A stretch of 64,000 nt of DNA, from NCBI GenBank assembly GCA_039026395.1, contig JBCCMK010000005.1, positions 2,428 through 66,427 of the forward strand, read 5' to 3'. How positions within the stretch are numbered: the first letter of the stretch is position 1; every line of letters starts with the position of its first letter. The notes below the pieces were generated by a model. It did not search any database and was not told the origin of the DNA. It worked only from the letters and a program-made list of their open reading frames with translations. Positions 58,830 to 64,000 of this stretch are shown piece by piece. Made by a program: the position numbers and the translations under genes. This stretch comes from Pseudomonadota bacterium. GTDB taxonomy: Bacteria; Pseudomonadota; Alphaproteobacteria; Rhizobiales; JAKSCL01.

Positions 58830-60170
58830 TCAAGGCTTGGATTTACTCCCCATACCCTTACCGAGCTTGTCGTCGCTCTGCTTTGCACGACCGAATGCCA
58901 ACGCGTTATCGCCAACATCTTTGCTGATTGCGCTGCCTGCGGCCACAATCGCCTTTTCGCCAATCTCGACAGGCGCAACGAGCGCGCTGTTCGAACCGAT
59001 AAACGCACCGGCACCAATGATGGTCTTGCTCTTGACGAAGCCATCATAATTGCAGGTGATCGTGCCCGCCCCGATGTTTGCCGCCGGTCCGACATCGGCG
59101 TCGCCGATATAGCTTAGATGATTGGCTTTTGCTCCTTCATGGAGCGTCGATGCCTTGATCTCCACGAAATTCCCAACCCGTGCGCCAGATTTCAAATGAG
59201 CTTTGGGCCGAAGCCGCGCGTAGGGACCGATCGTGATGTCGTTTTCGAGAACAGCCTCCTCCAGATGACTGAAAGCCTTGATGTGACAGCGATCACCAAC
59301 TCTCACGCCTCGCCCAAACACGCAGTGCGGTTCGATCACGCAATCCCGGCCGAAAACGGTGTCAGCCGCTAAAAAAACCGTCTCTGGTGCTACCATCGTA
59401 ACACCTGCATCCATCAGTTCATCGCGGCGCTTAGACTGAAAGATCGCTTCGGCCTGAGCGAGATGACGCTTCGAATTAATGCCGATGAATTCACTTTCCT
59501 CGCCTTCCACAGCGACCGCATTTCCGCCCATGGCATTGGCAATCTCAACAGCATCGGTCAGGTAAAACTCACCCTTTGGATTACTGTTCTCAATTTTCGG
59601 CAGGATTTCTTTGAGCGTTTCGGCGTTGAAAGCCATCACGCCCGAATTGCAGAACGAAACTTCGCGTTCAGTTTCGGAAGCAACCGCCTCTTCACGGATG
59701 GCAACCAAACGCCCATTCTCAACGAGCAAGCGACCGTAACCGGTCGGGTCTTCCGCTCGAAATCCCAGAACCGCCACATTTGCGCCGTTGCGGACTTCAA
59801 GAATCGCGCGCTCGATTGTCTCAGCCTGCACGAATGGCGTGTCTCCGAAAGTGACTATAACGATTGTGTGGTGAGGTCTCGCGCTCGCCAGACCGATCTG
59901 AGCCGCATGCCCGGTGCCCAATCGATCATGCTGCACAACAGAAACGGCTTCGGGATCAAACTCACGCACCGCCTTTTCGAGCTTTGGCATATCTGGTCCA
60001 ACAACCACTGCCCGATCGCCTGATACCGCCATTGCAGCGGACAACGCATGACAAACCAACGCCTGACCGCCAACTTCATGCAGGCATTTTGGCATGTCGG
60101 ACTTCATCCGCGTCCCCAGGCCCGCCGCCAAGATGATTGCTAGCGTGTCACTGTGTGGTGAAAGGGCCAT
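58830..60170 (-). CDS. glmU: Bifunctional UDP-GlcNAc pyrophosphorylase / GlcN-1-P acetyltransferase
   Basis: LAAGLGTRMKS, LGTGHA, EFYLTD, hexapeptide repeats, GNFVEIK, HLSYIGDA, CNYDG. Confidence 0.96.
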   Translation of the reverse strand: MALSPHSDTLAIILAAGLGTRMKSDMPKCLHEVGGQALVCHALSAAMAVSGDRAVVVGPDMPKLEKAVREFDPEAVSVVQHDRLGTGHAAQIGLASARPHHTIVIVTFGDTPFVQAETIERAILEVRNGANVAVLGFRAEDPTGYGRLLVENGRLVAIREEAVASETEREVSFCNSGVMAFNAETLKEILPKIENSNPKGEFYLTDAVEIANAMGGNAVAVEGEESEFIGINSKRHLAQAEAIFQSKRRDELMDAGVTMVAPETVFLAADTVFGRDCVIEPHCVFGRGVRVGDRCHIKAFSHLEEAVLENDITIGPYARLRPKAHLKSGARVGNFVEIKASTLHEGAKANHLSYIGDADVGPAANIGAGTITCNYDGFVKSKTIIGAGAFIGSNSALVAPVEIGEKAIVAAGSAISKDVGDNALAFGRAKQSDDKLGKGMGSKSKP

Positions 60171-60216
60171 GGTTGAGCCTCCGAAATCTACGCCGACGAT
60201 GCATTCACGTGGGTGG

Positions 60217-60235
60217 TTACCGCTTCATTAACCAT
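60217..60235 (+). promoter_or_regulatory. Candidate CtrA box upstream of the SPOR-like gene
   Basis: TTAC-N7-TTAACCAT, one mismatch to TTAA-N7-TTAAC. Confidence 0.4.
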
Positions 60236-60280
60236 ATGACAGCACGGTCGATTTCACGCGAACGATTCATCACTGGCGAT

Positions 60281-61105
60281 ATGACTGCTACACCTTTTAA
60301 AGAGCCCCAAGAAGACCGCGGGATCCTTGGCATAATCACCTGGGTTATCGCTGCTGCCTTGGTGAGCGCTCTTGCGGTGTTTCTCGCTCTTCGTCCTGGC
60401 GCGGAGATTGAACGAGCAACGCTGGTTTTAGGTGGAGCGCAGAACCAAGCGACAAGTGTCGACTCAGACGTTATTGAGAGCCTTCAGACGGGTCAGAAGA
60501 AACTGACAGAGCGTCTCGAGAAGATAGAAGCAGCGTTTGGCCCCCTGACCGGCAGCCTGCCCCAGGGTCAAACCAACCCAGTGCGGCGTGACATGACTGC
60601 AGTTGAACAGGTGTTCGAAACGCCGGACGCGACCACGCCAGAAGACAGAACGGTCGAGGCGGTGAATACGATCGAAGTCAGCACTTTGAGGCGCGAACCA
60701 TCGTCAGACCCACTCTTGGACACTGGCGCCATTGAGCCTGTGACCCTCGAAGGATCCGACACGCAACTTGCCGCTCTGCCCCCGTTGGAAGTGACAGGGC
60801 CCGCCCTCGATGGTCCAATCCAAATCGAGCAGACGCAATTTGGACTACAGCTCGGTGACGTGACGACATTGGCTGCAGGCGTCGAATTCTGGCGTGTGAT
60901 GACAGCCCGCCACGGTGATATCCTCGCTTCGTTTTCGCCGATCATCGCCATGCAGGAAACGGACACAGGTGCACTATCCCTCAGTGTAATTGCTGGTCCG
61001 GTTCGCAATGCCGGGGATGCCGCGCAACTCTGCGCGCGTTTCTCTGCCCGCGGCGAAAAGTGCACAACGACACTTTATGACGGCCAAAGGCTCGCATTGC
61101 GCTAA
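60281..61105 (+). CDS. Membrane-anchored protein with coiled coil and C-terminal SPOR-like domain
   Basis: Single TM, short coiled coil, acidic Pro/Thr linker, FGLQLG...W...IAGP...AAQLC...C; start 60281 or 60236. Confidence 0.65.
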   Translation: MTATPFKEPQEDRGILGIITWVIAAALVSALAVFLALRPGAEIERATLVLGGAQNQATSVDSDVIESLQTGQKKLTERLEKIEAAFGPLTGSLPQGQTNPVRRDMTAVEQVFETPDATTPEDRTVEAVNTIEVSTLRREPSSDPLLDTGAIEPVTLEGSDTQLAALPPLEVTGPALDGPIQIEQTQFGLQLGDVTTLAAGVEFWRVMTARHGDILASFSPIIAMQETDTGALSLSVIAGPVRNAGDAAQLCARFSARGEKCTTTLYDGQRLALR

Positions 61106-61117
61106 AAGGCGCAGGAC

Positions 61118-62053
61118 ATGGCCCGATTTTTCTCCTCTAGTCTCGCGACCTATGCCGTTTTGGCGGTAATGCCGCTTATGTTCTCATCAAATTTGGTGAT
61201 TGGACGCGCCGCGGCTGACGCTCTTTCCCCAGCTACCCTGGCATTCTGGCGCTGGGGCCTGGCATTCCTCTGTCTTATCGTACTCGCCGCACCGCTATTG
61301 AAGCGGCATGCCCAAGATGTTGTGCGCGAGGCCCCAACATTTGTGGTCCTTGGGTTCCTCGGAATGGTGATTTGCGGCACCTTTGTCTACGCGTCGCTCC
61401 ATCATACGACCGCCACGAACGCGACGTTGATTTACACAACGTCTCCGATTTTTATCATTCTCCTTGAGCGGATTTTTCGGGGACGCGCGTTTCAATGGCG
61501 GGAGTGGTTAGGCGTGATCCTGGCGATCATCGGTATCGCGGTGGTCGTTTCTCGCGGCGATCTAAACGCGATACTCAGCTTTGATTTCAACGGCGGTGAT
61601 CTTGGAATCCTGGTAGCCGCCATTTCGTGGGCCGTATATTCCGTCGTGATCAAGAAGAAAGGCGTGTCGGAACTGCCGACCACGCTATCGTTCTGCATCA
61701 TTGCAGGCGCTGGAACGCTTCTGATCGTACCGAATGTGGCGATAGACGCCGTGTCGGCTCACATCGTTCCACAGACCGTAAGTCAGTGGTTGAGTGTACT
61801 GGCGCTCGCCTTTGTGTCGGCACTCGGGGCATTTGGCGCCTACCAGTATGGCATAAAGCGAGTTGGACCGGCGACGACCGGTCTCTTTCTTTATCTTCTC
61901 ACACCTTACGGCGTGTTGATGTCTGTTTTGTTTCTTGGCGAGCGGCTCCACACCTTCCACACAATCGGAATTATCCTATCGCTTGGGGGCGTGATTCTCG
62001 CCACTCTGCCAAGAGACATCGTCGCGCGGACAGCTTCATTGAAGAAACAGTAA
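61118..62053 (+). CDS. DMT/EamA family transporter
   Basis: About 10 TM helices in two repeats; LAFWRW, TTATNA, WAVYSV, LFLGE. Confidence 0.88.
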   Translation: MARFFSSSLATYAVLAVMPLMFSSNLVIGRAAADALSPATLAFWRWGLAFLCLIVLAAPLLKRHAQDVVREAPTFVVLGFLGMVICGTFVYASLHHTTATNATLIYTTSPIFIILLERIFRGRAFQWREWLGVILAIIGIAVVVSRGDLNAILSFDFNGGDLGILVAAISWAVYSVVIKKKGVSELPTTLSFCIIAGAGTLLIVPNVAIDAVSAHIVPQTVSQWLSVLALAFVSALGAFGAYQYGIKRVGPATTGLFLYLLTPYGVLMSVLFLGERLHTFHTIGIILSLGGVILATLPRDIVARTASLKKQ

Positions 62054-62085
62054 TCCTTTTGCCGTCAAACACGTAATGAGATCGC

Positions 62086-62114
62086 TTGACCACTTCGGTC
62101 GGCATTCATATGGT
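62086..62114 (+). promoter_or_regulatory. Putative sigma70 promoter of tRNA-Lys
   Basis: cTTGACC-N17-TATGGT, 15 nt before the tRNA. Confidence 0.5.
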
Positions 62115-62129
62115 CCGCCGCGATCATGG

Positions 62130-62205
62130 GAGCCCTTAGCTCAGTTGGTAGAGCAACTGACTTTTAATCAGTAGGTCCAGGGTTCGAACCCCTGAGGGCT
62201 CACCA
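62130..62205 (+). tRNA. tRNA-Lys (anticodon TTT)
   Basis: GAGCCCT/AGGGCTC acceptor stem, ACTGA-CTTTTAA-TCAGT anticodon arm, CAGGG-TTCGAAC-CCCTG, CCA; 76 nt. Confidence 0.97.
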
Positions 62206-62570
62206 TTCGCTGTCCTCCGAGATTGTCGTGCGAATTATAAACGACGAAGCCGATTGGTGTTACGCTCTGTGTCCGATGTCACATCGAGTGTTCCAATCGA
62301 GCAAAAAGAGATCGCTTGCAGCGCCCTCGTGACCGTCCGCCCTTTGCCATTACCGTTCCAAGACGTCCGAAAATGCTGACCGGTTGGGCGGCAGACCCAA
62401 CCGCTCCGATTAGCCCGTCTCTCCGTGGGCAGGGCTTCTAGCCACACCAGCGACGCGATCATTCACGCTCGTTTCTCAGCGATTGAGAACGGCACTCACA
62501 TTACCGTCACGCCGCACCGTCTTGTCAGTTCGCGCTTGTACCCCACCTTTCGGTGTAGGAGGATTTACGT

Positions 62571-62996
62571 ATGCGCGCTGTCATATTTGCTCTCGTCTTT
62601 GCTTTCACGAGCCTTACAGGCCCTCAATATGTTGATGCGGAGGTGGCAGCTGACATTCGGGCTGGCGTCCAAAAAACGATCGATGAACAGATCGCTGCAT
62701 TTCGTGCCGACGATGCGGAACTTGCGTACAGTTTTGCAGCACCAACGATCCAGCGCATGTTTCCGACGCCAGGCACCTTCATGAACATGGTTCGCCAGGG
62801 CTATCAGCCGGTCTATCGCCCGCAAAGTTACGCCTTTGGCGATCTCGTAGAGCACTTCGGTCAAATGATGCAGTCGGTCTCGGTGATTGGTCCCGATGGA
62901 CGACCTTACACGGCGATCTACACGCTGGCGGGGATCGATGGGGAATGGCGGATCACCGGATGCAGGATCACTGAGCCACCGGGCGAATCCGCTTAA
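62571..62996 (+). CDS. Secreted DUF4864-like protein
   Basis: AGGAGG RBS; signal peptide; [29 protein letters not shown]. Confidence 0.75.
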   Translation: MRAVIFALVFAFTSLTGPQYVDAEVAADIRAGVQKTIDEQIAAFRADDAELAYSFAAPTIQRMFPTPGTFMNMVRQGYQPVYRPQSYAFGDLVEHFGQMMQSVSVIGPDGRPYTAIYTLAGIDGEWRITGCRITEPPGESA

Positions 62997-64000
62997 ATCG
63001 GCTCTATATCGCCCTCGCTCCACAACTGGCGGATTTCCCGCGCGACCCGTTCAAGCTCATTGTTTGAGATCGCCGTACGAAGCGATGCCATCAGATCCTG
63101 GTAGTACCAAACATTTGCCCAGCTGAGCAGGATCTGCCCGAGCAGCTCGCCGGATTTTAAGAGATGGTGAAGATAAGCGCGGCTGTAGTCGCGCGCCGCA
63201 GGGCATGAGCTCTCTTCGTCGAGAGGCCGCGGATCTTCCGCATGGCGCGCGTTCCTGAGGTTTACCCGGCCACGCCTGGTAAACGCTTGTCCATGACGGC
63301 CCGCGCGCGTCGGCATCACACAATCGAACATGTCTATGCCCCGCTGGACGCTCCCAACAATATCGTCAGGAGTGCCGACGCCCATGAGGTAATGCGGGTG
63401 CTCTGCTGGCAAATGGGGCACGGTCGCTTCAAGCATTGAAAACATCACGTCTTGCGGCTCTCCAACCGCTAGACCACCGACAGCATAGCCATGAAACCCA
63501 ACGTCCCTCAGGCCATGCGCTGATTCCCTCCTGAGATCGGCCTGATCGCCGCCTTGTACGATCCCGAACACAGCGTCACCGGTAGTATCGTCAAACGCTG
63601 TCTTCGACCGTTCTGCCCAGCGGAGTGATAGTTCCATAGCGCGTGCGCACTCATCACGAGACGCGGGAAGTGCGATGCACTCATCGAGTTGCATTTGGAT
63701 GTTCGAGCCGAGGAGACCCTGGATCTCCATGGAGCGCTCCGGCGAAAGCGCGAACTTCGCACCATCTATATGCGACTGAAATGAGACGCCATCCTCGGTG
63801 ATCTTTCGCAGTTTTGCGAGCGACATGACCTGGAATCCACCAGAATCGGTCAGGATGGGGCGCTCCCAACCCATGAAACGGTGAAGCCCTCCAAGTCTTG
63901 AGACCCTCTCTGCTCCAGGGCGCAGCATCAGGTGATAAGTATTTCCCAAGAGGATATCGGCGCCGGTCGCGCGCACTTGTTCCGGCAGTAAGCCCTTCAC
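62993..64000 (-). CDS. tgt: Queuine tRNA-ribosyltransferase, 5' end outside window
   Basis: [40 protein letters not shown]. Confidence 0.95.
   Translation of the reverse strand: MKGLLPEQVRATGADILLGNTYHLMLRPGAERVSRLGGLHRFMGWERPILTDSGGFQVMSLAKLRKITEDGVSFQSHIDGAKFALSPERSMEIQGLLGSNIQMQLDECIALPASRDECARAMELSLRWAERSKTAFDDTTGDAVFGIVQGGDQADLRRESAHGLRDVGFHGYAVGGLAVGEPQDVMFSMLEATVPHLPAEHPHYLMGVGTPDDIVGSVQRGIDMFDCVMPTRAGRHGQAFTRRGRVNLRNARHAEDPRPLDEESSCPAARDYSRAYLHHLLKSGELLGQILLSWANVWYYQDLMASLRTAISNNELERVAREIRQLWSEGDIEPI

Noticed and set aside
1..64000. CRISPR arrays, IS elements, prophage, rRNA, frameshifted pseudogenes
   Set aside because: No regularly spaced repeats or transposase/phage motifs seen; recognised genes appear full length

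Overview
Core-chromosome segment of an alphaproteobacterium; gene content and order suggest Hyphomicrobiales/Rhizobiales. Left to right: partial cinA/pncC and ispDF (-); dusB-ntrB-ntrC-ntrY-ntrX-trkA-trkH-dat-hfq-hflX (+); a converging block rlpA-dacA-tmk-holB-metG-tatD-MBL hydrolase-mazG (-); tRNA-Ser(TGA) followed by a small accessory-looking islet (DJ-1/PfpI protein, cNMP-domain thioredoxin-reductase-like flavoprotein, second DPBB/RlpA protein); a tightly coupled purine catabolism operon uraH-xdhABC-ABC transporter-puuD-uraD (-); qor, UbiH/UbiL, AEC transporter, lipid A acyltransferase, Chloroflexus-type malyl-CoA lyase, hspQ, ialB; an operon of orphan peptide-binding protein, degenerate adenylate-forming protein and DsbA-like protein; mfd, sdhE, recG, DUF502, ybaN, glmS, glmU, SPOR-like protein, DMT transporter, tRNA-Lys(TTT), a small secreted protein and partial tgt. 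I found no integrase, transposase, CRISPR array or phage gene. The main signals outside the ORF track are: a dif-like XerCD site at 15564-15591 where KOPS polarity and gene orientation flip (probable replication terminus); a ~220-nt two-arm structured element upstream of the CxxC-less cNMP-TrxR gene; a palindromic leader in front of the purine operon; and an adenylate-forming protein that has lost its catalytic motifs. These are candidates; no new system is proven from sequence alone. Family assignments and reference comparisons come from motif recognition and recall, not database searches.
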